Positions 14,959-23,779 of a stretch of 33,578 nucleotides of DNA are shown here, piece by piece. Within the stretch, counting starts at the first letter, position 1; the number at the start of each line of letters is the position of its first letter. The notes beneath the pieces were generated by a model. The model searched no databases, was not told the DNA's origin, and saw only the letters and a program-made list of their open reading frames with translations. Source of the DNA: Hadesarchaea archaeon. Its GTDB lineage: Archaea; Hadarchaeota; Hadarchaeia; Hadarchaeales; Hadarchaeaceae. The translations under genes and the position numbers were made by a program. The stretch covers positions 1 to 33,578 of the forward strand of contig DAOUSU010000002.1 of assembly GCA_030627035.1 (NCBI GenBank), written 5' to 3'.

Positions 14959-16142
14959 GCAAGCACCTTCTTTAACAGCTCATTCACGTTGCCAAAAATT
15001 ACCTCCTGTTTACAGAAGCCTGGCAGGTAGTTGGCCGCCTTTCCAGAATTCACAGCCGTACGCTTGAAACCCATGCGTTCGATCGGCGAAACCACAGCGC
15101 AGGTGTCTGCAACAACTTTCCCCCCAGCTCGCTCAACCTGCTCGACAAATCCAAGTTTCGTGGCTGTTTCCTTGGTCGTGCGTGCGGTGCAAATCCAAAG
15201 CGGCTTTCGCAACCGCTTTCCTTCGAGCTTGTTCGCCAGAGTTGCGATCTCCTTCAACGAGGCGTGGGGGCAGCCGAGGATGACGATATCTGGTTCTCGC
15301 CCGGTGTTGAGCTTCTCGCAAGTTTCCTTTAACTCACGTTCCCCAACCTCGATCACCTCGAGGTTTTTAGGATCCATGAGACGAGCCTCCGGTGTCAGGC
15401 CCTCCACGTGATAAAGGGCGACAGCCCCCGACGCCGCCATCGCTGCTCCGAACGCCTTCAGCTGGTCGACATCCGCACCCTTGATCCCTTGAAAGTACGG
15501 ATTTCCTTTCTTGACCAGCTTCCCGACGTGGTAGCCCAAGGCGCCGAAATCCGAGTTGTGTTTCAGCTCGGCGTTAACTTTCACCGCCACGCTCGGCTTC
15601 CGGTTCTCGTCTAGGTGCAAGCCATAGTTTGGGGTCACCCCGCAGAGCGCTGCGGCTAGCGCAGATGGCCCACCCTCGCGGTTCGTGCGCGCACCTATCA
15701 CAGAGTTTGCGAATGAAACCGCCGACGACTCGGACCACGCGATGTGCTCTCCGAAACGCGGGAGATTACCGACTAGGTAGGGGGTGCAAGTCGCAGTCAT
15801 CATTATCCCCATTTTTTTGAATGCCTCCATTATGCACAGCTGCTTTTTGGCGAAATCCTCGGGGAACCCCAATTCCCTCCAGTCCACGAGATCCATGCCG
15901 GGCGGATTCAAGGTCGTGGGTACTCGGACCTTCGCCCCCTTGCCCGCCATGTCCTCCAAGAACTCTAGCCCGGGATCGCCTATCGATTTGTAAGAAACGC
16001 CCGCGACCTGAACTGACCCGACTGGAATCATCCGATCGGCGCCGTAGATGTCCCCGAGGCGCACGAGCAAGCGGAACATCCGCTCGAGGACCTCACCCCT
16101 CTCGCCGGCCAGGATTCGCTCTTCCTCCTTCGTTAAATACAC
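14955..16142 (-). CDS. Aconitase X catalytic-domain protein (DUF521); putative phosphomevalonate dehydratase large subunit
   Basis: 395 aa. The N-terminus MYLTKEEERILAGERGEVLERMF and the TLNPPGMDL and CTPYL blocks are typical of DUF521/AcnX large subunits. Its position within an mvk/UbiD operon supports the call. Confidence 0.85.
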   Translation of the reverse strand: MYLTKEEERILAGERGEVLERMFRLLVRLGDIYGADRMIPVGSVQVAGVSYKSIGDPGLEFLEDMAGKGAKVRVPTTLNPPGMDLVDWRELGFPEDFAKKQLCIMEAFKKMGIMMTATCTPYLVGNLPRFGEHIAWSESSAVSFANSVIGARTNREGGPSALAAALCGVTPNYGLHLDENRKPSVAVKVNAELKHNSDFGALGYHVGKLVKKGNPYFQGIKGADVDQLKAFGAAMAASGAVALYHVEGLTPEARLMDPKNLEVIEVGERELKETCEKLNTGREPDIVILGCPHASLKEIATLANKLEGKRLRKPLWICTARTTKETATKLGFVEQVERAGGKVVADTCAVVSPIERMGFKRTAVNSGKAANYLPGFCKQEVIFGNVNELLKKVLA

Positions 16143-16146
16143 ACGA

Positions 16147-17421
16147 TCACTCCAGGTAGTCTTTCAACTCAAGTTTCAATGGGAGTTCTGGCTTTTTGAA
16201 ATCCTTGGGATCGCGCCCGCTCGGTATGGTCAAGTCGAATCCCATTTTGGTCGTCATGCGCGTCTCGAGTTCCGATGAGGGATCGAGGGATGAGCCCTTC
16301 TCGCGTTTGATGACGAGGTCTCGATCGCCCTGAAACCTTGTCGCCATCGCCCACTCGATCTCATTCGGGTCATGGATGTTGATATCGTCATCGACCACCC
16401 ACACGTGCTTCAGCGACTTGTGCCCCTTGAACGCTGCCTCTATCGCTTTTCGCCCATCATCTGGGTTTCTCTTCTTTATGCTCACCGCAGCGTGTAGCCA
16501 GGAGCAACCCCCCGGGGTTATCAGCACATCCTTGCACTCACAGACCTTGCTCACCTCGCGGAATATCGTCGGCTCTCGGGGCATGCCCATAAGAATTTTG
16601 TGCTCCAGACCACCCGGGAGTAACGCGTGATAAATGGGATCCTTCTTCACGAATATCCTCTTCACCCTTGCCACCCGCTGCTTTCGCACGATGTCGGGAG
16701 TTTCCGTCAGATCAAGAAATGGGCCCTCATCGTGCTCCTCGCCGGTCATCTCTGCGATCATGATTATTTCAGACCGGGGGACCTTATGGCCCGCCAGATC
16801 CATCAGATCAGTTTCCGATAGGGCGTTTGCTATGCTCAGCTCGCTCCTCCCCAGTTCTGCCGAGACCGCAGATGCCACCAAGACCGGCATAGAATTCCCT
16901 ATGCAGATCGCGAACTCTTTATTCCCGCGCCTCAAGAATTCGTCGAAATGTCGTGGGAGTATTCGAATCACGAGCCTGTCTTTTCCTATAACCATCATCC
17001 GTTGATACGAGGCGTTGAGGCCGAGTTCGGGGTCGCTCGCGACAACGACGCCGGAGGAGATGTAGGGCCCCCCGTCGATTGGATAGTGAGTCAGAATTGG
17101 AATCTTCGTGAGGTCGACGTCCATTTCCCCATAACCCTCCGCTTTCACCACCCGCGGCTCCTTCGGGTGATCGATTGCATCGGCCAGTTTGCTTATGATC
17201 TCCTCTTTCTTTATTCCCAGACCTATTGCGATCAACTCGCGCGAGGAGCACAGGTTCGCCACCACGGGCATCGAGAAACCCTTGACCCGCTCAAATAGGA
17301 TCGGCCTTCCGTCGAGGAGCTTCATCAGAGTTGCAATCTCGTATTTGACGTCAACTGGGCGCTTGATTTTTATCAAGAGCCCCTGCCTGTCCAAAGCATC
17401 GATGAACTCCCGCAAGTTCAC
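16147..17421 (-). CDS. UbiD-family decarboxylase; putative trans-anhydromevalonate 5-phosphate decarboxylase
   Basis: 424 aa with the UbiD-like N-terminus MNLREFIDALDRQGLLIKIKRPVDVKYEIA. It lies between mvk and the AcnX pair with gaps of 2-4 nt. Confidence 0.8.
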   Translation of the reverse strand: MNLREFIDALDRQGLLIKIKRPVDVKYEIATLMKLLDGRPILFERVKGFSMPVVANLCSSRELIAIGLGIKKEEIISKLADAIDHPKEPRVVKAEGYGEMDVDLTKIPILTHYPIDGGPYISSGVVVASDPELGLNASYQRMMVIGKDRLVIRILPRHFDEFLRRGNKEFAICIGNSMPVLVASAVSAELGRSELSIANALSETDLMDLAGHKVPRSEIIMIAEMTGEEHDEGPFLDLTETPDIVRKQRVARVKRIFVKKDPIYHALLPGGLEHKILMGMPREPTIFREVSKVCECKDVLITPGGCSWLHAAVSIKKRNPDDGRKAIEAAFKGHKSLKHVWVVDDDINIHDPNEIEWAMATRFQGDRDLVIKREKGSSLDPSSELETRMTTKMGFDLTIPSGRDPKDFKKPELPLKLELKDYLE

Positions 17422-17423
17422 AG

Positions 17424-18353
17424 CTACACCCCGATTTTCGTCCTCAGGGCCTCAAAGCCCTCCCCTTCGATCGCGCAGGCAACTTTTTCCTGTAGCTCTT
17501 TTCCGGGGGTTAGCGCGACCATGTTTCCGCCAAGCCCTCCACCCGTCATCTTCGCGCCGAACGCGCCCTGCTTGCGTGCCAGCTCGACCAAAAAATCGAG
17601 TTCCCTACATGAGACCTCGATCGCCTGTAGTTGTTTGTGATTTTCATCCATCAATTCCCCAACCTTTTTTATATCATATGCTTCGAGCGCCCTTCTGGCT
17701 TTGTGAGCCAGTTCTTCCGCTTCCTTGAAAATCTTGTTATACTTCTCGGGGTACTTCTCCCTCCGTTCTCGAACCCCTGCAACCGCCGCCTTCGTGTTCG
17801 CTACCAGCCCGGTGTTTCCCACCACCACCTCGACCGGGCGCTTGATCTTTATCCGCTCCATCATGTTTGGCTGCCCACGCACAAACCAGATCAGCCCCCC
17901 GTAGGTCGCCGCGGTGTTGTCGATTCCCGAAGGGGTGCCGTGGTAACCCTTCTCCCCCTCATAGGCCAGCTCGTTTATCCGCTCATCCGAGAGCCCCAAG
18001 TTAAACTCATCGGAGAGGGCCCTCGCGATCGCGGTGCAGGACGCCGCGCTTGCCCCAATCCCGCTGGCCGCAACCAAGTCCCCTGCGAGGGTTATTTTGA
18101 TTGGATTTTTCATGGTGTCAATTCCAGCCGCTTTTAGTATTCGCTCCACAGACTCTTTCTGTTGCTCGAGCTTTTCCTCCTTGTACCCTGGCGTGGCATG
18201 TCGGCGGTCATCCAAGGTCCATCCAGTTCCATCCGCGCGCTCAACGGTGGCGGTGGTAGCCTTGTCGATGGCCGAGACGATCGAGGGCACGCCGTAAACA
18301 ACGAAGTGTTCATTGAAGAGGATCACCTTCCCATATCCGATGCCTTTTCCCAT
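17424..18353 (-). CDS. mvk: Mevalonate kinase (GHMP kinase)
   Basis: GKVILFNEHFVVYG N-terminal motif, GHMP motif ASGIGASAASCTAIARAL, and a C-terminal KMTGGGLGG motif. I prefer ATG 18353 (MGKGIGYGKVILF). Alternatives are ATG 18368 and TTG 18377. Confidence 0.9.
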   Translation of the reverse strand: MGKGIGYGKVILFNEHFVVYGVPSIVSAIDKATTATVERADGTGWTLDDRRHATPGYKEEKLEQQKESVERILKAAGIDTMKNPIKITLAGDLVAASGIGASAASCTAIARALSDEFNLGLSDERINELAYEGEKGYHGTPSGIDNTAATYGGLIWFVRGQPNMMERIKIKRPVEVVVGNTGLVANTKAAVAGVRERREKYPEKYNKIFKEAEELAHKARRALEAYDIKKVGELMDENHKQLQAIEVSCRELDFLVELARKQGAFGAKMTGGGLGGNMVALTPGKELQEKVACAIEGEGFEALRTKIGV

Positions 18354-18406
18354 CAAACGGCCTCGCATATGTCCCAAATTTTGTCGATAGCATTTCGGTG
18401 GGTACC

Positions 18407-18414
18407 TATTTTAA
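18407..18414. promoter_or_regulatory. AT-rich TATA-like element shared by the divergent mvk and metE-like genes
   Basis: TATTTTAA (with AAAAGTTAAAATA on the other strand) sits in the 78-nt gap between the mvk start and ATG 18432. It lies 17 nt before ATG 18432, implying a leaderless or very short leader transcript. Confidence 0.35.
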
Positions 18415-18431
18415 CTTTTGGACAAATATCC

Positions 18432-19427
18432 ATGGGGACCCGAATGGAGATCCTAACCGCGAGTACGGGAAGTTATCCCCGGATAGGTGACAGTCCAGAA
18501 CAGCAGCGTCACCGTCAGGCTTACGCACAGCGAGAGCGAGGCGAGATTTCCGATGACGAGTTCGAGCGCATCCAAGACGAAGTGACTCGAGAAGTTATCG
18601 AGGAGCAGATACGGGCCGGCCTCGATCTCGTAACAGATGGGCAGGTGCGATGGTACGACCCGATCTCCCACTTCACGCGAAAGCTCGGGGGATGCGAACT
18701 TGATGGCCTGCTCCGCTTCTTCGACACGAACTTCTACTTCCGCCAGCCCGTTATCAAGGAGGAGCTTGAATGGCGCGGACCCATCGCGAAGCGAGAGTTC
18801 ACCTTCGCCAAGGGAGTCTCACCGAAGCCGGTTAAGCCGGTAGTGACCGGCCCCTACACGCTGGCGAAGCTTTCCATCAACCGACGTGGGGGGAGCTTTC
18901 AATCGCTCGTTGATGAGTTCGCTGAGGTGATCGCTCAAGAGGTCAAAGAGCTCGCGGGGGCTGGCGCCGAGCTCATCCAGATGGACGAACCAGCAATCCT
19001 GAAGAACCCGAACGACTTTCCGGCATTTCAGGGAGCCATCGAAAAAGTAGCGGCTGGGAAAGGTGATGCGAGGCTCGCTCTCTACACCTACTTCGGAGAT
19101 GCGGCGCCCCTCTACGGAAAACTGCTCAAGCTGCCGGTCGATGCGCTGGGGTTTGACTTCACCTACAGCCCCAGCTTGCCGGTGGTGGTGGCGAAACTTG
19201 GCTGTGAGAAGGATCTCGGGCTTGGCCTCATAGACGGACGAAACACGAGGCTCGAGATCGAACGGGAAGTTCTCGCCGTGTTAAAAACAATTCTGCCAAA
19301 CGTTGGGTCCGAACGCGTGTTCATCAATCCCTCATGCGGGCTAGGGGAATATCTGCCGCGAGAAATCGCCTTCAAAAAATTGCAGAACATGGTCGCCATC
19401 GTCGAAAAAGTCAGGGGGTTGACCTGA
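18432..19427 (+). CDS. MetE N-terminal-domain-like protein (cobalamin-independent methionine synthase family, non-catalytic half)
   Basis: STGSYPRIG...DLVTDGQVRWYD...VTGPYTL...MDEPA follows the Meth_synt fold pattern, but the His-x-Cys zinc ligand block is replaced (LYTYFGD). The first 270 nt of the track ORF are antisense to mvk, so the start is ATG 18432 (or 18444). Confidence 0.72.
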   Translation: MGTRMEILTASTGSYPRIGDSPEQQRHRQAYAQRERGEISDDEFERIQDEVTREVIEEQIRAGLDLVTDGQVRWYDPISHFTRKLGGCELDGLLRFFDTNFYFRQPVIKEELEWRGPIAKREFTFAKGVSPKPVKPVVTGPYTLAKLSINRRGGSFQSLVDEFAEVIAQEVKELAGAGAELIQMDEPAILKNPNDFPAFQGAIEKVAAGKGDARLALYTYFGDAAPLYGKLLKLPVDALGFDFTYSPSLPVVVAKLGCEKDLGLGLIDGRNTRLEIEREVLAVLKTILPNVGSERVFINPSCGLGEYLPREIAFKKLQNMVAIVEKVRGLT

Positions 19428-20434
19428 TGCGCGAGAAATTGGAAAAGCTCGGGTTGAATCTGCCACTCCTCCCGATCACTACCGTTGGGAGTTTCCCGAA
19501 ACCACCCTACCTAATCGATGCAAGACGAAAGTTTGCGACGAAGCTGCTTGGCGCCGAGGAGCTTAAAAAACTCGAGGATCAGGCGACTCGAGAATGGGTG
19601 GCGCTGCAAGAGAAAATCGGCCTCGATGTCCTCGTTGACGGGGAGATGTACAGGGGTGACATGGCGACTTACTTTGCGCAAAATCTTGGAGGATTCAAGA
19701 TAAGCGGCCCCGTTCGTTCGTATGGCAACCGCTACTATCGAAAGCCGATCATCACCGGAGAGGTCAAATGGCGTGGCCCGATCACCGTCGACTGGTGGAA
19801 GTTTGCGCAGAAACTGACGAAAAGACCGGTCAAGGGAATGATCACGGGGCCCTACACCATGATGGACTGGTCATTCAACGAATATTACCCGAGCCGCCGC
19901 GACGCCTGTCTCGACCTCGCGAAGACCCTGCACGAGGAGGTTGTGGCACTTTCTAATGCGGGAGCGAAGATCATCCAAATCGACGAGCCTGCCCTTTCGG
20001 TGCGCCCGGAGGAGCTATCGGGTTTCGTGGGCGAGGCCATGCGGATGGTCACGCGCGGCATCAATGCATATTTTATCATTCATTGCTGTTACGGTGCATT
20101 TGAATTCATCTACCCCCAGATGCTTGACCTTCCCGTCGATAACTTCGATCTCGAGATGTCAAACAGCGAACTCGACCTGGTCGAGCTGTTTCACAAATAC
20201 CCATTTACCAAGGACATGTCATTTGGGGTTGTCGATGTCCACTCACACATCGTGGAGGATGTAGGGCTGGTGAAAAAACGCATCCAACAGGCACTCGAAA
20301 TTTTGGAGCCGGAACAACTCTGGATAGACCCCGACTGTGGACTCAAGACACGGACGCGAGAGGAGACCATCGGCAAGCTCCAAGCAATTGTGGGCGCGAC
20401 CAAGGAAGTAAGAAAATTGCTGGGTGAGGGGTAA
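19427..20434 (+). CDS. metE: Cobalamin-independent methionine synthase catalytic-domain protein (MetE C-terminal-half type)
   Basis: TTVGSFPKP, GEMYRGDM, ITGPYTM, IQIDEPAL, and the zinc ligands HCCYG and DPDCGLKTR are all present. ATG 19427 overlaps the upstream stop (TGATG). The track start at 19334 lies inside the upstream gene. Confidence 0.85.
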   Translation: MREKLEKLGLNLPLLPITTVGSFPKPPYLIDARRKFATKLLGAEELKKLEDQATREWVALQEKIGLDVLVDGEMYRGDMATYFAQNLGGFKISGPVRSYGNRYYRKPIITGEVKWRGPITVDWWKFAQKLTKRPVKGMITGPYTMMDWSFNEYYPSRRDACLDLAKTLHEEVVALSNAGAKIIQIDEPALSVRPEELSGFVGEAMRMVTRGINAYFIIHCCYGAFEFIYPQMLDLPVDNFDLEMSNSELDLVELFHKYPFTKDMSFGVVDVHSHIVEDVGLVKKRIQQALEILEPEQLWIDPDCGLKTRTREETIGKLQAIVGATKEVRKLLGEG

Positions 20435-20545
20435 TCTAAACGGATCATAAATGATTGAATTCTCAAACAACAATCGTGTGTTATTTAACGGCCCAGAACA
20501 CCGCCCACTCCGTTTAACTTTTATGACGAATAACCGCACCCTACA

Positions 20546-20929
20546 ATGAGCGAAATGTTGAACATTTGGGGGATCGAACGAGAAGCGTTGGAGTTTATTC
20601 TGGGGGTCTCTCGCTCGAGCCATCCGCGCGAGTTTGCAGGGGTGATGCGTGCCAAGGAGGGTGTAATCACAGAAGTGCTTTTGCTGCCCGGGACTCTCTC
20701 CTCGAACGAATCGGCGGTGCTACGCTTGCACATGCTTCCGATAGACCCAAGCGCCTGCGGCTCGGTGCATAGCCACCCTTCGCCGAGTCCAATTCCCTCT
20801 GGGGCCGACCTCAGGTTGTTCGCGAAGTTCGGGCGCGTGCATATAATCGCTGCATTCCCCTACGACGGGCGATCTTGGCGGGCTTACGATCATCGCGGAA
20901 ATGAAATCACATTAAAAATTATTGGATAA
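20546..20929 (+). CDS. JAB1/MPN/Mov34 (JAMM) metalloprotease
   Basis: 127 aa. JAMM motif HSHPSPSPIPSGAD (HxHx7Sx2D) with an upstream Glu (PREFAG). TATA-like ACTTTTATGA lies about 20-29 nt upstream of the ATG. Confidence 0.85.
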   Translation: MSEMLNIWGIEREALEFILGVSRSSHPREFAGVMRAKEGVITEVLLLPGTLSSNESAVLRLHMLPIDPSACGSVHSHPSPSPIPSGADLRLFAKFGRVHIIAAFPYDGRSWRAYDHRGNEITLKIIG

Positions 20930-20973
20930 GATTAAATCGCTCGGCGGATAACCTTTTGAAAAGGTAGGTTCTT

Positions 20974-22770
20974 GTGCATATCAAAAAAATTGCTCTAATT
21001 GTTATCCTCGTGGGCGTCACGATAGCATTTGTATCAATCACATACCTCCTGATGCACCAACGGGAATTTGAGAAATTCGTAAAAATGGATGGTATCTTAA
21101 TTGACCTCGACGCAAATGGGAATGCCAGCTGCCAGTTCATCGCGTGCGTTCCTCCGTCCAAATTGGCTGATGTGTTGAAGCGCGTGACTTCAGCGACCGG
21201 TGTCGACAAGATGGGAGAGATGTATGTGGAGAGCATGCGGGGCTCGCTCGCCCGATATGGCCTTGAAATGAAAAATCCCGTTTGTGAAGTAACGGGGCTC
21301 GGCACAGAAGAAAATTTCAAAATAGTCATGTCATGGAAAACCGATGCTTTTGCTAGGTGGGAAAACAATGTTTGGAGGATAAACATGGAGTTTGTGGACA
21401 GGGAAAGTGCCGTCCAAGAGATAGTCGCCGAGCAATACTCCTTGTGGGCATCAATCCTCTCTGTTTCTGAAAACGCCCAGTATGAAGTCTTCCAGAGAAC
21501 TACACTCGCCCTGCCAAGCGGTGCGGAAAATGTCGAATGCTCGCTCATCGGTACTTGGAAGATTGATTACGGTGGCGGGTCATACGAGATCGACTCGGTA
21601 TATTTGGGATGGATCGATGGTAAAACCACCATTATCGAGAATGATTACGCTTTGATCGCGACCGAACACGAGATAACGCTAACGTTTCAGCAGTTTCTTG
21701 AGAACTACTCCGCATATACTGTAACTTATAGCAGCGGCCCCCCTGAAGACGCATCTTTTACAAGCTCCGTGAACCTAGTTCGTCTAGATTTGAAATACGG
21801 GCGGGAACTCAGCGAGTCCTATTTAATTTACGATGGAGGGTCATGGTACTCCCTCTCCCCAGCGCAGGTGCTGTACTACGCTGCCGATGCAATCGTGACT
21901 ACAAGTCAAGGGGGCAAATTTTCAATTCAGGAACCGGTCAAAGGCGTTGTCCCCCCAGATGATGAAAGTGGCGATTGGACAAGCTGCTGGAAGGATCTCT
22001 CGAAGGACGAATACGTCGCCATAGCGCGCGCGGTTTGCGAGGAAATAGACTCCACAGGCAAGGTGCCGGGCACGCTTGGAACTATCATTGGAAACCTCAG
22101 GTTCAGGGACATTTTGTTTACCTTTACCAGGATCCTTTCCAGCTATGGGGGGTTAGAAGGATTGCCGGGGGAAGTTACCTTCGTACCAGCCCCTTCGGGT
22201 GAGTTGACCTGGGATAACAACGTGGTCCCCGCGAATCACGCGTACTTCCTGCTCCCGGATACCTTCGTGATTATCGACACCCCTATGGTACACGAAGTGT
22301 TGGAGAACATCCTACAACCCAACTACGATAACCGAGAGCTCGCCGAGGAGATCTGCAACTGGACGGGCACCAACATTACTTATGGACTATCGTTGGCCCC
22401 ACCGACATCTGAAGAGGTATTGATCTCGAGGAAAGGTCAGTGCAGGGACTATACAAATGTGTACCTCGCACTGAGCAGGACGGCCGGGATACCCGCTAGA
22501 AGGGTAAGTGGATGGGTCATCACAAAGTGGCAACCGCCCGCAGGTTGGGAGTTCGTTGTGGGAACGACGCCCGATGGAAAAACTGTTGCGAGCCACGCGT
22601 GGGTCCAAGTATTTGTGCTTGGGGAAGAATGGGTACAAGTGGAACCACAGAGTAAAAGACCAAATCTGTACATGGGGGAGCTCCCTTATGAGGTGTACAA
22701 GCAGGTTGAAGTTAAACAAACGTGGATGGAGGCGCTCGCTGCATACGAGACGGCACGTGGATTGATTTAA
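20974..22770 (+). CDS. Transglutaminase-like domain protein with an N-terminal membrane anchor
   Basis: N-terminal TM segment IALIVILVGVTIAFVSITYLL, followed by a large extracytoplasmic region. The C-terminal transglutaminase core is GQCRDYTNVYLALSRTAGIPARRVSGW ... SHAWVQVF ... WVQVEPQ. GTG start. Confidence 0.8.
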   Translation: MHIKKIALIVILVGVTIAFVSITYLLMHQREFEKFVKMDGILIDLDANGNASCQFIACVPPSKLADVLKRVTSATGVDKMGEMYVESMRGSLARYGLEMKNPVCEVTGLGTEENFKIVMSWKTDAFARWENNVWRINMEFVDRESAVQEIVAEQYSLWASILSVSENAQYEVFQRTTLALPSGAENVECSLIGTWKIDYGGGSYEIDSVYLGWIDGKTTIIENDYALIATEHEITLTFQQFLENYSAYTVTYSSGPPEDASFTSSVNLVRLDLKYGRELSESYLIYDGGSWYSLSPAQVLYYAADAIVTTSQGGKFSIQEPVKGVVPPDDESGDWTSCWKDLSKDEYVAIARAVCEEIDSTGKVPGTLGTIIGNLRFRDILFTFTRILSSYGGLEGLPGEVTFVPAPSGELTWDNNVVPANHAYFLLPDTFVIIDTPMVHEVLENILQPNYDNRELAEEICNWTGTNITYGLSLAPPTSEEVLISRKGQCRDYTNVYLALSRTAGIPARRVSGWVITKWQPPAGWEFVVGTTPDGKTVASHAWVQVFVLGEEWVQVEPQSKRPNLYMGELPYEVYKQVEVKQTWMEALAAYETARGLI

Positions 22771-22776
22771 TTTAAA

Positions 22777-23508
22777 ATGGTCGATAACATGCGCTGGGAT
22801 CTCTGGCTGCCTTGGTACAAAAAAATCGTTGCTAGGTTGAATTTGGATGAACGTGCCGACCGAGCTGCAGCTAAAATTTTAAACTGTACTTTACCCGAAC
22901 CTGATCTCAAAAAGTTCACCCGCTTGCTCCAAGGACAAGAATGCATCGTCTTCGGCGCTGGCCCATCGCTCGATGAGGACTTGAAAAAACTGCAGCGCAC
23001 GGGGTATCCAAATAAAGTTTTAATTGCGGCAGATGGTGCAACCTCATCTGTTGCCAAATATCGCAACCCGGATATCATCGTCACCGATTTGGATGGCAAT
23101 GTTAACGATCAGCTCAAAGCATGGCACCGCGGCTCTTGGTTCGTCATCCATGCGCATGGCGATAACGTTGCGCAGGTGCGTGGGATTTTACCAAAGCTAA
23201 ACGCGCGCACCATCGGCACGACACAGATCAAACCATTTGGCAAACTTTGCAACTTCGGAGGGTTCACTGATGGCGACCGTGCAGCCTTCATGGCTCATGA
23301 ACTAGAGGCATCCAAAATCTACCTAGCCGGGATGGATCTTGGGACAAAGATCGGGCGATACTCAGGAGATAATGACACCAACCGCAAGCTTATAAAGCTC
23401 AAGATCTGCAAGGAACTTCTCTCGTGGCTGGCGGGAGAACTCGGCGCGAACTTGGTCAATTTAACTGCCGAGGGTGAAGATATCCCTAATGTTCCTCGAA
23501 CGGTGTGA
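22777..23508 (+). CDS. mptE: MptE-like 6-hydroxymethyl-7,8-dihydropterin pyrophosphokinase (DUF115 family)
   Basis: IVFGAGPSLDEDL, IAADGATS, VTDLDG and IHAHGDN blocks occur in the order I associate with DUF115/MptE. Confidence 0.7.
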   Translation: MVDNMRWDLWLPWYKKIVARLNLDERADRAAAKILNCTLPEPDLKKFTRLLQGQECIVFGAGPSLDEDLKKLQRTGYPNKVLIAADGATSSVAKYRNPDIIVTDLDGNVNDQLKAWHRGSWFVIHAHGDNVAQVRGILPKLNARTIGTTQIKPFGKLCNFGGFTDGDRAAFMAHELEASKIYLAGMDLGTKIGRYSGDNDTNRKLIKLKICKELLSWLAGELGANLVNLTAEGEDIPNVPRTV

Positions 23509-23555
23509 ACAATATTTATGTAGTGCTTCACGAAATTGAGAACGAAGGGAGAAAC

Positions 23556-23768
23556 ATGTCGATTAGGGGGTATGTGGAGTACAAAAAGCGAGAATTTTGC
23601 AATGATGTAAAATGTCCGGTGCAACTAGACTTGAACTCTCAAAAACCGGGCTCAGAAGAATACGAAAAGATAAGGCAAACTTGTAAAACAAACTGTAAGT
23701 ATACTACATGGCAATTTCATCATTGGCTAATAGAGAAAGGGTATTTAATCGTCAAGCCTGAAAAATAA
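23556..23768 (+). CDS. Small Cys-rich hypothetical protein (70 aa)
   Basis: MSIRGYVEYKKREFCNDVKCPVQLDLNSQKPGSEEYEKIRQTCKTNCKYTTWQFHHWLIEKGYLIVKPEK has two Cys pairs (Cx4C, Cx3C). AGGGAG lies 5 nt upstream of ATG 23556. The track start GTG 23505 overlaps the mptE stop. No family recognised. Confidence 0.45.
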   Translation: MSIRGYVEYKKREFCNDVKCPVQLDLNSQKPGSEEYEKIRQTCKTNCKYTTWQFHHWLIEKGYLIVKPEK

Positions 23769-23779
23769 AGGGTGTCGAG

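Noticed and set aside
18162-18431. N-terminal extensions of track ORFs: 18162 (metE-like), 19334 (metE), 24610 (SDR), 25948 (rubredoxin), 28106 (rubrerythrin), 7931 (transglutaminase), 3797 (cofG) and 3687 (cofC).
   Set aside because: The extensions overlap neighbouring genes or promoters. Internal starts coincide with conserved protein N-termini and with SD or TATA signals.
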